DNA of 64,000 bases from Amoebidium appalachense. Taxonomy: Eukaryota; Protista; Ichthyosporea. The number at the start of each line of letters is the position of its first letter. The stretch's first letter is position 1. The translations under genes were made by a program, and so were the position numbers. The DNA lies in assembly GCA_963693365.1 (NCBI GenBank), contig CAVNZM010000010.1, positions 2,976,001-3,040,000 of the forward strand, read 5' to 3'. Below the pieces are notes generated by a model. The model was not told the origin of the DNA and did not search any database. It saw only the letters and a program-made list of their open reading frames with translations. Positions 1 to 14,516 of the stretch are shown piece by piece.

Positions 1-367
1 TGAGGGTCCTTCTTGCTTTCCTTTTTTTGAAAGGATGGATTCTCAGTGATTATGCGTGTACATAGTGTTAGGTCGTGCTTTCCGAGGGTAAGGCAGGGGG
101 GAGGGGCAGGGATTTTCTGTTATATAGCTCTTTCTTTCTTTCTGTTTTTTTGGCTTTAGCACTGGATAAGAGACAGCGCCGGCCACAGCCGTGCTGGTCG
201 CAAGGTAGCATTTTGGGTGTGGGCCCGGGGAGTGGCTGCAGGCCTGCCACGGTTCGGCCCCACCTGCTGGGGCTGGCCCCAACCATGTACAGTGACGTCA
301 CATGGAATACAGGCCAAATGACGTCATGCGGCTGCCTGCTGAAAGCTGAAAAAGACCATTTGGGGGG

Positions 368-400
<33 letters not shown>

Positions 401-475
401 ATACTACTGCAAGCCACAACTTTCACGTGCACACTCACTCAGCATAGGCCCTTCAGAGTGAAAATACGGTCTTAA

Positions 476-738
476 ACCAACCACCGCTTCTCCCATTTTA
501 GTGTCTGGGCGCTGAACTCCCGAGAGCCACATTTCTCAAAGCGTCTGGGCCAATCAAGAAACCCAATCAAACTGTGTCACATTGCCGAAGTCGATGATGT
601 CGACATACGGCAGAGCCGGCTTCAGCCTGTTTTTGTGCCTTTTTCAGGGCTACACGGCGTCATGGAAATTGTGCGCAGAATGACGTCACCAATGTGGCTC
701 GCCGCCCAGCGGCTAAAATTGGAGTAGAGGTGGTTGCT
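476..738. mobile_element. MITE with TTAA target duplication (Kolobok- or piggyBac-type target)
   Basis: Imperfect TIR of about 35 bp: left ACCAACCACCGCTTCTCCCATTTTAG vs right reverse complement AGCAACCACCTCTACTCCAATTTTAG; TTAA at 472-475 and 739-742. Confidence 0.7.
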
Positions 739-1694
739 TTAATCAGCCAATCGAAAAGGACCAAGAGAGTGCATGTGTGGCCGATCAAGAGAGGGTAGAC
801 CACTGAGAAACATCCATGGGACCTATGGTCCACACCCCTGTGGCCACGTGTGTTCTGCACAGGGATATATAGGCACAAAGAGACCGGATCTGATGGAATG
901 GTTGGGTGGCAGTGGAAGCCTGCTGCTGGCCTGTGTCTGTGAGAACCACGTTGCTTTTGTGTGCCCTGCCAAGCAGAAGCTTTATGGTATGTGTGGGTGT
1001 AAAAAAGATTAAGGGGGCAGGGGAGGGGGTGGGGGCGGCTGGAGGGGAGGGGGGACAGGGAGTAGGGGCGGTGGGGGTTGGGGGGGTTGGAGTGAGGGTG
1101 GGGGGGGGAAGGGAAGGGGGGGGGGGGGGGAGGCAATGTGTGTCTTTGTAGCCTCTCCTATCACATCCCGTAACCCCCGGGCCTGTGCCATGGTGTGGCC
1201 TGAAGACACGTGCACAGGTGCATGTGCCCTGCAGCAGTGCACGTGCCCAAGCACACGTGGGCCTGGCTGTGTGCAGTATGTGTGCTGTACCAGAGTGGGG
1301 GGCACGGGTGTGTGTGTGTGGACAGGGGGTGAGTGTTGACTGCCTGCCAAAGAGGCACATGAGTGGAATGCGGTGTCTAAGTCCCACATCTGCATGTGCG
1401 TGCCTGAGTTATCAATGTCGTATGGGGGTTGGTGTGTGCTTACCTCAACAGGCAACAGTGGATTGTGTGTGTTTAGCTCTATTTCGTTTTGTCTGGATCC
1501 AATCTACCATATCAGTGTAATGGTGATATCATACGTGCTATGTGCATGTGTCTGAAGTTCACACATGGTTGTGGGTGTCTCAAAATGCCATGCCCGTGTG
1601 TTTGTGCCCGTTTCACGATGTGTGCTCAGGTCGGCCAAGATGTGTGTATATAAATGCACGCACGTTCGCATGTGTGTTCACGTGTGTTTGTGAG

Positions 1695-1773
<79 letters not shown>

Positions 1774-1853
1774 GTGTGTGTGTGTGTGTGTGCGCGCGCG
1801 CCCGTGAGCGTGTGGGCGTGTGTGCGAGTGTGCGTGTATCTGTGTGTCTCAGT

Positions 1854-1886
<33 letters not shown>

Positions 1887-2525
1887 ACTGTGTGTGTGTG
1901 TGTGTGTGCTTGGCACGGTGCTTTCACTGTGGTTATGTGTGCATGTGTGCCTGCACGTTTCATATGAATGTACGGCACTTAGGCTGAGCATTCCCCCCTC
2001 TCACCATCAGTTGATTGCTTAGGGCTGCCTGTAGCCACCGACACCACCCACCCAGATGCCCAAGCACACCAGCACTAACGATACAGGCCCACAGTGACTA
2101 CAGATGCATGCCTTGTGCCCAGGGGGTGTGCCTGCCACCACCATCACCGTGCCATGCCACACCCGGCCAAGACCACCACCAACTGCAACCACGACCATGG
2201 TGCATGGCTGCTCGGCCTGTGTGCATGGTGTCATTGGGAGTTTCAGGGGGGGTCATGGTGGGGTCTCGGATCAACTTGGGCTACAAGGCTTGGAGTGATT
2301 GGGATTGGACTTGGTTTGCCTGGGACGGATGCACATCACAGTGTTGGGGTGGGTGGTTAAGCAGGTGTGCTTGTCGCAGCCTGAAGCCAATCTGCGGCCA
2401 GATTCTCTGCCGTAATCTTGGTCTCTGGGCAGTGCCTTGATTGGCCAATCAGTATGCTGTTGGGATGACTGGCCACCAAACATTACAAATGTGGTGCACA
2501 CTCACGCGCTGAGACCTTGTATTAT

Positions 2526-2566
<41 letters not shown>

Positions 2567-2732
2567 GTATATCATGATCAAAGTTTTTATTTATATATAT
2601 ATTTATATATCTAGTATCATATCATTTGAAAGATATTTGGATAACATGAGACATATGAGCAATTCTTTTTCTGCATAGCTACCGGTGTGCGGAGAAAAGC
2701 AGGGGATGGATGAAAGAAGGGGAGGAGGGGGG

Positions 2733-2763
<31 letters not shown>

Positions 2764-4148
2764 CGGAGGGGGGGGGCAACAGTTAGTGCTCAATCTGTCC
2801 GGCTTGCAACATGCAATGAAAGCCGCCATGGCACTGGGCAGGTACCCCACGGTTGGAAGTGAGGGATGGTTAGTAGTCCATGTTGGGTGGGGTAGGGGGG
2901 CAAGGGGAGATAGTGTCATTGTGGGTGCGTGCACAGCCACTGCATGGATGCCCACCAGGGACCAGCACATACATACAAATACACACGTGGCTTCGGGCTG
3001 CCGCAATGCACCATGCACCCACCTCCGGCACACCCCATGCATCCACCACCACACCACCACTAGCAGCTTAATCCCTGGGTGAGGCCCAGTGAAGTAAAGT
3101 AGCTTCCGAATGAATAGAAGGCACGTGCTAGGAGGCTGTGCCCCATCCCATGTGCAGGCATAAGGCATCGCATTCGCCACGGCAGGAAATAAGCAGTGGC
3201 TAACTGAGAAACAGCCAATGGCAGCCTGGTGATATAGTATGCGGCCAGAAGGAGCTGCAAGGGCAGCCAGGCTGCACTATTCATTGGGCACACAGCTGGC
3301 CTGCATGGTTGCATGCATGTTTGAAGGACACTGGCCAGCCACGTTGGCCGTGTATCCTCTGGCCCACAGGTAGCCGGTGTGATTGTGGCTTAGACACCCC
3401 CGTGACCCATAGCCACATGGCTCCTGCACTCAGCCACCCACCCACCCACCTACCTACGAATCGATCCACCCCCCACACAGTTGGTCTCTCCGACGGCATG
3501 CACACACCATGCAACCACTATGACCTCTGCCTGTCCACAGCTAGTCTGAGGAGATCTCTGCGGTGTCACCAGAACCAGCCCGTAGGTCGTGCACGTGCAG
3601 TTGGCCGGCAGCAAGACGACAGGCATGCCGGGCCACACAGCGCACATCATCCGTGCACACAGGCAGTGTGCATCACATTGCTCTTGCTGCCCCTTAGACC
3701 TCACGACATTAAGAAAAAATCATGGTTTGTCCACATGAGAAAGCAGCAAAAGGAAACGTGATAGAATGCAATCACAAAGCTCTAAATGGCCAAACGATAA
3801 ATACTTTCAGTGATCATATTAACAGCACCTCTTATATCTTCTTGTGAAACCTGGATTTGCTCAAGTGGCCCTCGCTCAGCACTCGCTATGACCTTCCATG
3901 GGAAAACTGCACTCGACTACACAGTGTCTGTCTGTGTGCACATGATCCCATGTTTGCTGTGGGGTGGGTCATGTGTTATCTTGTCAATTGGGTACAACAA
4001 TGGTCGTCGTCACAATCTGCTGGGGGGAAGGCGGTGGGTGGGTGGGAAGAGGGGGAGAGGAGGGGGAGGGGGGGACTGGAAGGGGTTGGAAGCTGGTGGC
4101 GGTCATGATCTGCTGCTGGTGGTGGTACTACTGTACCATCGTTGCAAC

Positions 4149-4251
<103 letters not shown>

Positions 4252-4574
4252 CGTGCGCGTGTGTGTATGCGCGCGTACGTGCTATGCTACATATATTTTT
4301 CCGGGGGGGGGGGGGGGGGAGGGGGGGGGGAGGAGGGGGGGGAAGGGGGGGGAGGGGGGGGGGAGGGGTGTTAATTGTCTTTTACTTAACCCCCTCCCCC
4401 CCCTCCCCCCCCTTTTGGGCAGGGACCGGGGGGAGGGGGGGGGGGGGGGGGGAGGGGGGAGGGGGGGAGGGGATGGGATCAGCAATGTTAAGGTGATCCC
4501 GGGAGATAGGCCTGTCGGTGTATTAACAAACTTTGCATCGACTGAACACTATTACAGCAGACACTGCAGCCAAC

Positions 4575-4713
4575 GGCATGCTGATGGCTCAGTGGCCCAG
4601 CCAGGCATGCTGATGGCTCATTGGCCCAGCCAGGCGTGCTGATGGCTCATTGGCCCAGCCAGGCATGCTGATGGCTCATTGGCCCAGCCAGGCATGCTGA
4701 TGGCTCATTGGCC
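4575..4713. repeat. 29-bp minisatellite, about 5 copies (GGCATGCTGATGGCTCATTGGCCCAGCCA)
   Basis: Units start at 4575, 4604, 4633, 4662 and 4691. Confidence 0.9.
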
Positions 4714-5304
4714 TAGGCATGCCACGTGCATGTGGTGCATGTGGCCATCCCCATGAGTGATCCACAGACCACAGCAATGCATGACCTCTAGCCAAGGGAA
4801 GGCTAGACCCTGTTGCCGGTGGAGATACGAACATGTACAGGCACGAGTGTATTTGTGAAAGTTGGAGCAACACATGGACGAATGCGGGAGTTGCCCAAAA
4901 AGGAAATGGCCACAGCAACACCCGGCAAAGGTGCTAGGCCTGGCAGGCTGGGCTTGTGAATCCCTGTACCCGTCCTAACATAAAATGTCTACAACCCCGG
5001 CCGTGGCCACACCATGCCAGTGCACTCATTTCCTGGCTGCAGCACAGCACCAGAGGGTACATGGCCTTTAACGCAGTCCACGGGATTTTCTCCTATCCTG
5101 TGTGGGGCTTCACAGTCACCCACAACCACCTCCCTGCAGAAACCCACCGTGAACCAGGTGTGGATCGGCATGTGCGGCATGGGGGGATACCATATATGGG
5201 CATGTGTCAGACAGTATATAGGCACGAGCATGTGGCACACCATATATGGGCATGCACATGTGGCACCCCATATATAGGCATGCACACGTGGCACACCATA
5301 TATA

Positions 5305-5540
5305 CAGTCAGCGACATGAAGGCAGACCCAATCACAGAGCCTAATTCGGCACTCCGTACGTAATCTTCATCCAATCGAACAGGATTAAATCTATGGAATT
5401 CGACGCTTTATTGGCTGTGGAAAAAAGCAAAGGGGGGGTAAAAGGGGGGAAAAAAGGTGCTGCACTGATAATGGTCAAATCAAAACGCCTAACTTTTGTT
5501 TACATAGGTTGTGATTGGGTCTGCCTTCATGTCGCGACTG
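5305..5540. mobile_element. Tc1/mariner-type MITE inserted in an approximately 28-bp CATGTGGCACACCATATA tandem array (about 5190-5670)
   Basis: TIR CAGTC(A)GCGACATGAAGGCAGACCCAATCACA at both ends; TA on both flanks. Confidence 0.85.
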
Positions 5541-6297
5541 TAGCCATGCACATGTGGCACACCATATTTAGGCATGCACATGTGGCACACCATATATAGG
5601 CACGCGCATGTGGCACACGATATATGGGCATGCACATGTGGCACACCATGTCTGGTGGCACACCATAAATAGGCAAGGGTGCACGTGCTTGAAGGGGCCA
5701 ACACTTTGTATGGTTGGCTTTGACCTACGTGTGCAGTAGCTAAGGACAGGTGCAGGGGGGGGGCCTGAAGGGGGGGGGGGGGGGGGGGCAGAGCAGCAGC
5801 GGGCAGGTGGCCGGATCCAGTGTTTTGGCGTGCACGTGTAAACGAGGAGGGGTTTGTGTGTGTGTGGTGCCACGTGGGGTATATGCAGCACTGCATGTGT
5901 CCATCTGGTCCATGGCAGCATGATATGGTATAATTGCACGCACGTACGTAACACTGCATGTAAAACGCCTGTGTGTTTTATAGTACGAGTATTAGACCAT
6001 GTGCATGTATGGTTCCGTATCAATACGTGTTTGTATTTAAGTGCACCTGTGCAGCCATGCTGTGTGCATCTTAATCGTCATCTGGTGTTAAATGCTTTGG
6101 AATGCGAGAGTCGGAGTGCGACCGAATCCCACAGCATCCTTAAATGGATACTTTAAACCTGTGTAGCTTTTAAAACTCATTCACGTCCTGTCTTTCACGG
6201 CCCAATTAGGGTGGGCAAAGAGTTATGTACATGTATAATCTTGACAGCCGAATCAACACGATATTTGGAGTGATTGCAAGCGTGTATGCGCCCGTGC

Positions 6298-6333
<36 letters not shown>

Positions 6334-6421
6334 ACGCGCCTGGATGCCACACATCCAGTGCTAAGTGCAGCCTGGGCCCTGCCAGCAGGTACCCAGCCCA
6401 ACCAATCCCCCCATCCCCCCA

Positions 6422-6457
<36 letters not shown>

Positions 6458-6532
6458 ACAAAAAAAAATAAATAAATAAAAAAAATGGCAGTCCAGCCAC
6501 CCATAACCCCCCTCTAACACCATATATGGAGC

Positions 6533-9500
6533 TCAGAAGCGCTTCATGTCTCTCTCGCGCATCTTTGCCCTGACGACAAAGACCACGGCCACAACCAGGG
6601 CCAGCACCAACCCCACATAGAAGAACACCTGAAGCCCCTTGTACGCCACCCGGCCAGCTAGCGTGGGCTGGGCTGCATCCACATGCGCTGCAGCAGAGTG
6701 GGTCAGCAACCGTGTGCATGCACGGGAATACGTGGGGTGCACGTGTGTCTGTGTGGCATATATGTCTGATGTGTTTTATGCGGACAAGGTTTTTTTGTTG
6801 CATGGTGCTTTTTGGAGGCTTGCGCGGCGCTACACTACTGTGTGTACTCATGTGGCTGTGTGTGGCATGTGTTTGTATGTGGCTGTGTGTGGCATAAATG
6901 TGTGTGTATGTGCCTGTGGGCCAACTACTTAGCTGTGTGCATGTGACTGTGGCGCATGTGCATGTGGCTGTGTGTGGCATGTATGTATGAGCATGCAGCT
7001 GTGTGTGTGTGCATGTGGCTGTGTGTGGCACGTATGTATGAGCATGCAGCTGTGTGTGTGTGCATGTGGCTGTGTGTGCCATGTATGTATGAGCATGCAG
7101 CTGTGTGCGTGTGCATGTGGCTGTGTGTGGCATGTATGTATGAGCATGCAGCTGTGTGCGTGCGCATGTGGCTGTGTGTGGCATGTATGTATGAGCATGC
7201 AGCTGTGTGTGTGTGCATGTGGCTGTGTGTGGCATGTACGTATGAGCATGCAGCTGTGTGCGTGTGCATGTGGCTGTGTGTGGCATGTATGTATGAGCAT
7301 GCAGCTGTGTGCGTGTGCATGTGGCTGTGTGTGGCATGTATGTATGAGCATGCAGCTGTGTGCGTGCGCATGTGGCTGTGTGTGGCATGTATGTATGAGC
7401 ATGCAGCTGTGTGTGTGTGCATGTGGCTGTGTGTGGCATGTACGTATGAGCATGCAGCTGTGTGCGTGTGCATGTGGCTGTGTGTGGCATGTATGTATGA
7501 GCATGCAGCTGTGTGTGTGTGCATGTGGCTATGTGTGGCATGTATGTTTGTGCATGCGGGTGTGTGTGGCATGTTTGTATGCGCATGTGGCCGTGTGCAT
7601 GTGGTAGTGTGCAGCAACTGTGTGCGTGGTTTGGCTGTGTGTGTGTATGTGGCCGCGTGTGTGTGCATGTGGCTGTGTGTGTGCAAGTGGCTGTGTGTGT
7701 GTGCAAGTGGCTGTGTGTGTGTGCATGTGGCTGTGTGTGGCATAAATGTGTGTGTATATGCCTGTGGGCCATTTACTTGGCTGCACATGAGGCCGACTGT
7801 AATTTCATTGGATGTGAGCATGTAATGCGTCATTTGATTGGCTGTGTGTGATTTCATTGGCTGTGTGTCACGGGGCCACCTACGTCTGTCCTCGATGACC
7901 CTGTCTGTCTTTGGCACCACCTTGGAGTAGTCCTCTGCAGGCTGCAACCCAACAGTCAGCAACCACACATCCCCAGTTAACCACACACTGCCAGTCAGCA
8001 ACCACACACCCCTGATTCGGACAATTTGCAGCCCCCCCCCCCCCCCCCCTCTCTCTCTCTCCCCCCCCCCCCCCCCCCCCCCCCACACACACAGATACGC
8101 ACCCCCCCCACCTCCCCACCCTTCGGGCGCCGTGCCCAGCCCCGCGATTCCAGGACCCCCAACTATCTAGCCATCCACTGCCCTCGATCGCTACTGCCAA
8201 CCCAGACACCCACCTGGCCCTCTGGTGCCGGGGTGTCAGGGAAGGCCAACACTCGCACCCAGTAGATGTCGTGGTTGTCTGTGCACACACCAGCGTCAGT
8301 AGCCACCCACCAACCTACCCTACTCCCAAAAAAATGCCCGCATGCGTGCCTACCAGACAGGGCGCCTGTGACCGCACTGAAACCATAGTGGTAGCCTGTG
8401 GGCAGATCGACCCCCTTCTCCTGGAAGCAGCGCTGCCACGTGTTGTAACCCCGGTAGTCCAGATCTACCTAGAGCCCTCCATGTCAGCACCATGCTGCCT
8501 GCATCCTCCCCCCCCTTTACTTACGGTAAGGGTGCGGTTGACATATGAGATGCGGGCCTTGGTCGGATGCTCCTTGCCCCGGAAACTGGCCTGCACCATC
8601 AGTCAGCAGCTGTGTTTGAACACCAGCACATGCAGATCATGCGCATGGGGTGACGGGCATGCTCAAGCTTAGAAAGGAGGATAGGATCTTTGAAGGACCC
8701 CAACAGAGAGGACGGGGGGAAGGCAGAGGAGAAGGGGGAAAGGGGGCAGAACTTCTGGTAGACCTTAAGGTGTGGGCAGTGGGGGGGGGGGGGGGGGGGG
8801 CTCAGAAAAACCCCAACAGGGGAAAGGGGGAGGAGGTAGAGGATGGGGGGGGGGGGGGGGGGGGGTTTGAATGCGGAACACGGTACGAAGTACGCATACA
8901 CGAAGGACACATGCAAAGGCAAACATTCAAGTATGCAACATCAGCCATGCGCACAGTATGCGTCATAAGCAGAGCCCATCCTCAGGGAGGGCCCAGGTCA
9001 TCAATTGCGTCTGAGTTTCGACCCCTTAGCCCGCGTATATACGACTCTCCAACTCAGACAGCAGCATCAACTGAACTTGGGAGGGTCAACCCGTCTTGAT
9101 CAAAGACGAGCAGGGTTGCTTATGCAAGCAAGGTGAGCAAAACGGTGAATATGTGTGTGCAAACTAATGCAGTGCAGCGGAAAATGCGTATGTGCTTACA
9201 GATGCACGACACAGAGCAACCATGCCCGGTTGCATGGAAGTAAAGCGGTCTCGGGGGAGGGGTAGAGCAAGGGTGAAAGGCTTATAAAATCTTTGGAAAA
9301 CCCCAGCGGGTCCAGCCAGAGAGAAGAGAAAGAAAAAATAAGTTGGCGAGGCGTGAATGTACCTGTCGAGACAGTAAGGGGAAGAAAAGGCAGAAGGCAC
9401 ACCAAGGGCACACAGCGTGAATGTGCGGAGGGAATGAAGAATTCAAACGGCGCACGGGGGTGCACGTGTGTGTGTGTCTGTGTGGTTCCTGAGTGTGTGC

Positions 9501-9663
9501 TTGTGTGGGTGCTGTAGGAAACAGAGGAAGCAGGGAGGTGAGGAGAATTCATCAAAGCAAGTGCAAGAGGTGTGTCCATGTGACTAGGTGCCACCATGCA
9601 ACGTTTTGTGTGTATGTGAAGGCGACCAGTCCACCAACAGCAACAGTTCATGCATGCAGGCAG

Positions 9664-9696
<33 letters not shown>

Positions 9697-9705
9697 AGCT
9701 TTTTC

Positions 9706-9769
<64 letters not shown>

Positions 9770-10594
9770 AGGGGGGAGGAGGAGCAGGGAGGGGCTACCT
9801 GGCAACCGGCCAGCTCTGTGTGTGTGCCGTCTGCATCGTGGTCGTACCTCTTCGTGCCGTCATTGACCATGGCTGACACGTACGGGTGTCCGTGCTGTGC
9901 CCAGCGTCAGCACACCCTGCATGCACACACACCACCACCCTGCCCTTACCACCCCATCTAGGTGCCCACCTCCCTGCCAGAGTCATACCTCACTCCCCCC
10001 CCCCCCCCCCCCCCCCCTTCCCCCCCCCCCCCACACACACACCAAAGACAGAAAGAAAGGAGAGAGCAAACAGGGGCAGCAAAACATATCGGTGTACCTC
10101 CCCCTGGCCACTCTCATCGTCGTAATGGCAAGACCAGGCAAGACGATGGGATACAAGAATAACCGCCACGACACAGTGGCCTTGTGGCCAAGCAGGGCAT
10201 TGCAAGCGTAACGGGGTGGGTGCGCGCGGTACGTGGCCCATCGTGGGGGGAGGGGGGGGAAAGGGGGGAGGGGGGAGCAAAAGCCAGTGAGTGAGCCCAA
10301 GTGTGAAAGGTGCAAGTGCAAGCATGGGTGAGTGGCCGGGCAAGTGAGCCTCTGCCTGCCTGTGCACGCACACACGTACATTGTGCTCGCCCTGGTGATT
10401 GCTGTACGTGTCGAAGAACAGCGCCAGCCCACTGAACAGGTCCTGGTTGGCAAACACATTGCCTGCACAAACCAACGTCAGAATATGTGCCTCCCCCACA
10501 TGGACGTGCACAACACTTCTGGCCCTTCTCCTGTACCCACGAAGGCCAAGGGGAACCGGGGGGTAATGAAGGAAGCACTGGGGGTAGAGAGAAA

Positions 10595-10636
<42 letters not shown>

Positions 10637-12458
10637 GAGGGAGGAGGCAAAGCCTTTGGGGGGGGAAGGGGGGGGGCAGAGCACACTACGATTTAAGCAA
10701 GAGGCACGGAGACCTCCATTATTGAAAGGAGAAATGTGAGCAGGAGGGATGGGACAATGGAAAGGGTGACACCCGGGGAGGAGGGAGGTTGGGGGGGGGT
10801 AGTCACCGTCCACGCCCCAGTCCTTAGTGTACCAGAAGACAAAGCCGTCACCGTACAGGCGGGGTGCCTCTCCATAGACCTTAAACTCAAACTCAAGCTC
10901 CCAGTTGTGGTAGTATTGTGGCTAGAAGGGGGGGGGGGGGGGGGTAGGTCAGTGCCCTCCTTGAGTGCTAACCAACCCCCCCACCCCCACCTCCAACCCA
11001 CACCCCCCCCAAAAAAACACACAGCACACACGCACACACGCACACACACAGACACACCCGCAACGACAAATACGCACACGACCCGCAGATACCAAACAAG
11101 GGACCACACATACCTGTACATGATTCCAACTACCAGCACGTCCACCAGTTCTTCTTTGCCTCCAAGCCTCCCTCCCCCCCCCTCCCTCACTGTAGACGAG
11201 ACGAAACACACAGCACACTTGGCAGTACACTAAATCCAACCATAACCACCATAATGGCCCCTTCTTCCTCTTCAATCCCCCCCCCCCCCCCCCCCTCCCC
11301 CGGGGCCACACATACCACATAGTTCCACAGGCTGCCCCTCTTGCTCTGCTTGTCTGCCGTCAGGCGCACAAAGTTCTTGGTGACCACTGCGTCCCCTTTG
11401 AACGCCCAGTTGGGTATTTGCATGTTGGCGTCTGCACACCTCCTGTTAGCACCCCGACCCTCCTCCCCCCCCCCCCCTCCCCCCCCCCCCCCCACCTTCC
11501 CCTCCCACCGGATGCCAAAGCAGGCCAGTGCACTCACCTAGAAACGGCTTCCTCAGTGTGTGGTGGTGAAGCAAAAAACCATCCTGTCCGTCTTGCTGCA
11601 CCCCCCCCCCCAGTTAGAAACCACACAACTCACACCCTGCATACATACACAGCCCTTTCCCGATCTTTCTGCCACGGTAAAATAGCAGTGTCCCACTCCA
11701 TGAAGTTAGGGCATAGCTACGTGCACTGTATTCTTACACACACAACACATCCCTCACACGACTCGGCGCACCCGTGTACACCTAACTAAATCTTAATTCT
11801 TCCCTTTCTCCTCCCCCATCCCCTTCCCCTCCCCCCCCCCCCCCCCCCCCCCTCTCCCCAACACCACCACCACCACCACAACCCATACCGCCACTACAAC
11901 CGTCAAGTGTGCCCTTTTTAGAAAGTAGCCCAAGTAGCAACAGGGTCTCTGCACATTGGGCTTGTTAGCACCTTCCCCCCCCCCCCTTACCCCCCCCCCC
12001 CCCCCCCCCTCTCCCCTCAAACCACCCCCTCCCCCTCACACGCACGCAGCTCAATTCACCCCCTCCCCACGCTCCACCCTCCACCCACCTAAACCCCCGC
12101 AACCCAGACAAATACGCCCGCCCACCCACACACGACCCATCCACCGGATCCACTGGACCCCTGCACCTTGCCAACTCACTCACCACCACACCGACCCACC
12201 CACCGTGGCACCTATCCGCACGATCTTACCCACCCACCCACAAAGTCACCCATAGTTATCTCACACACCCCAACCACCCACCCACCTACCCACACGCCTG
12301 CTGCCATTATCCAAACCACACACCTCACACACCTCTCACCCGCCCACCCATCCACCCGCAGCCAAACCACTCGCACTCACCCCCTTAGTGTCTTGGTGGT
12401 CGTCAAACGCCCAGGCGCCCATGGCGTGTAGCGCCAGCAGACTAACGAAAGGCCTCAT
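6533..12458 (-). CDS. LMAN2: VIP36/LMAN2-like L-type lectin cargo receptor (ERGIC-53 family), 11 exons, about 330 aa
   Basis: Exons 12458-12381, 11583-11538, 11431-11316, 10921-10807, 10462-10380, 9894-9799, 8590-8525, 8468-8354, 8278-8214, 7941-7884 and 6687-6533 splice in frame with GT-AG. Signal peptide; motifs VRLTADKQSKRGSLWN, LYGDGFVFWY, FSGLALFFDTYSN, PYVSAMVNDG, YDHDADG, LPTGYHYGFSAVTGALSDNHDI; TM helix and C-terminal KRF. Confidence 0.93.
6961..7540. repeat. 51-bp intronic minisatellite, about 11 copies
   Basis: Unit CATGTGGCTGTGTGTGGCATGTATGTATGAGCATGCAGCTGTGTGTGTGTG in the last lectin intron. Confidence 0.95.
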
Positions 12459-13235
12459 AGTGGCTGTGTGTGTAATAACTGCTTCCCTATGTGCCTGTGT
12501 GTGTGTGTGTGTGTGTGTGCCTGTGTGTTCTCTCTCTCGCCTGTCAGCTGTACTACTGCAACTCGTGAGGGTGCGTGCCGTTTTTATGTAAAAATCACGA
12601 ATGATCACGCCACGCCCCATTGGCTGGCCGGCTAGTCTGTGGGGATCAGTAAATTTGTGAATTCCGCGTAAACCCCCTCCCCCCCCCCCAAAAAAAGGGT
12701 AACCGCCCCTCCCCCCCCCCCCCCCCCCCCCCTAGGGGAAGTTTTTGAGATTTTCCGTTGAGGAAGTTAGGAAGCCAAGCCTTAAGGAAAGAGGAAACTC
12801 CTTTATTTAGCTCAGACACATTGAAAAAACAGATAAACAGATTGAATATAAATACACACAAAAAGCGACATTAATGGCGTTTGAAAGCTTTATATTTCAT
12901 TTTTTTGCTTCTGGTCCGTAGGAATGTAATTATGGCATCTTCGGCGCCGCGCCGCCGGCCGCGGGTCACTCAGGCTCCCAAAGAACAAGAAGTGTCGGGG
13001 GATCCGTCGACTTTCGTTTCAGCCAATGGCCGGCGTGCGGCATTCACAATGCATAGGAGTTGCATTGTTTTTTTGAAACCGTCAAAAACGTGTGATAAAG
13101 CAGCACTAGCATGCTGTATTTGCACCTATAAAGGCCAATTATAATGTATTTCCCTTGTTTTCTTAACCTTGCTGCCTGCTGCCTGACTGCCTATCCTTGA
13201 TCCGGCGACCGGCGGCATACCACGGTGCATGCCAG

Positions 13236-13558
13236 CAGAGATGTGGCGGGCCGGGCTGCCCGGCCTGTTCTGGCCCGAAGAATAAACAGGCCGGGCTGCC
13301 CGGCCCGGCCTGAAAAATGTTTGGGCCGGGCCAAGGCTGTTCGGGCCACACCCCCCCCCTCTCCGTTCCCCAAGGGTATCAGTGACGTCACATATTGTGT
13401 TGTGGGTATAGACCCCGGCGGGAGGTCGAAGGGATTTTGCGCAAACACATGCCAATATGGTATTACCTTGAGCCCGGCCCGGCCTGTTCTTGGCCCGAAA
13501 AACAGACAGGCCGGGCTGCCCGACTCGGCCTGGCCCAAAAACCCTTGCCACACCTCTG
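13236..13558. mobile_element. hAT-type MITE
   Basis: TIR CAGAGATGTGGC...GCCACACCTCTG; 8-bp TSD CATGCCAG at 13228-13235 and 13559-13566; subterminal GGCCGGGCTGCCCG repeats. Confidence 0.9.
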
Positions 13559-13685
13559 CATGCCAGCTGTTTTCATTTTATGTCGCGCTATGTGATTGGC
13601 TGCCGCCCTCGCAACACAATAACCTCTGGAATGTGTACACTGTAGGCTGCTTCGATCGAGAGATGGTGTGACGTACGCAAGGTAT

Positions 13686-13724
13686 GGGCCTTAGTCTCTA
13701 TAGCGCGCAAAAAAAATTTCGCGG

Positions 13725-13761
<37 letters not shown>

Positions 13762-14364
13762 GAAAAAAAAATCCGAAACGGTGGCTCGAACCAGCTCGAC
13801 GAGGCGCGTCGATTGCCGCAATAGAATTTTTTGGCCAATTTCGGACCCCAATCAATTCGGGTCGGGTCGGGTCATCGCTTGGCCCGAAATGAATCGACCC
13901 GACCCGATTTGACCTGGCTCGCTGCCCGCCGGTGCCTGCCTGGCCGGCTATGTTCAAGCCACGGCCATCTAAAAAGGGGGGATTTTGGACCAATCGATTT
14001 GCGAGCTACAGTCGCGCCTCAGTTATATCAACCCTTCGCCGGCGGCCCTAGGGTTGCTACAATCAAGGGTTGATATAACCGAGAGATCGCCTGATCGGGC
14101 GATCTGGGGCTAATCGGGCGATCTGAGCCTTAATCGTGCGATCTGCGATCTATTATATTACATGGGCTCCAGATCTTGCCATTTCAATAGGCTACACCGC
14201 CCCGTTTGCACCTACACCGTGCCCGGCAGTGCAGCCAAGTGTGGTCGGAGTCAGCCCGGAGTTTTGTGTGCCAGAAGCACCCACCTTCTGATACGAGACT
14301 TAAATCTATGTAGCATCTGATTGGTCCAGCCCGCACCCATTGGCATGTGCAGCCAGACTTAGGG

Positions 14365-14403
<39 letters not shown>

Positions 14404-14479
14404 ACGGCGCCGGCCAGGATCGAACCCGGGGCGGGCGGGCGGGCGGGCGGGCGGGCGGGCGGGCGGGCGGGCGGGCGGG

Positions 14480-14516
<37 letters not shown>

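Noticed and set aside
6195-8088. Long His/Thr/Cys-rich ORFs (525, 387 and 289 aa)
   Set aside because: Produced by a stop-free 51-bp minisatellite inside a lectin intron
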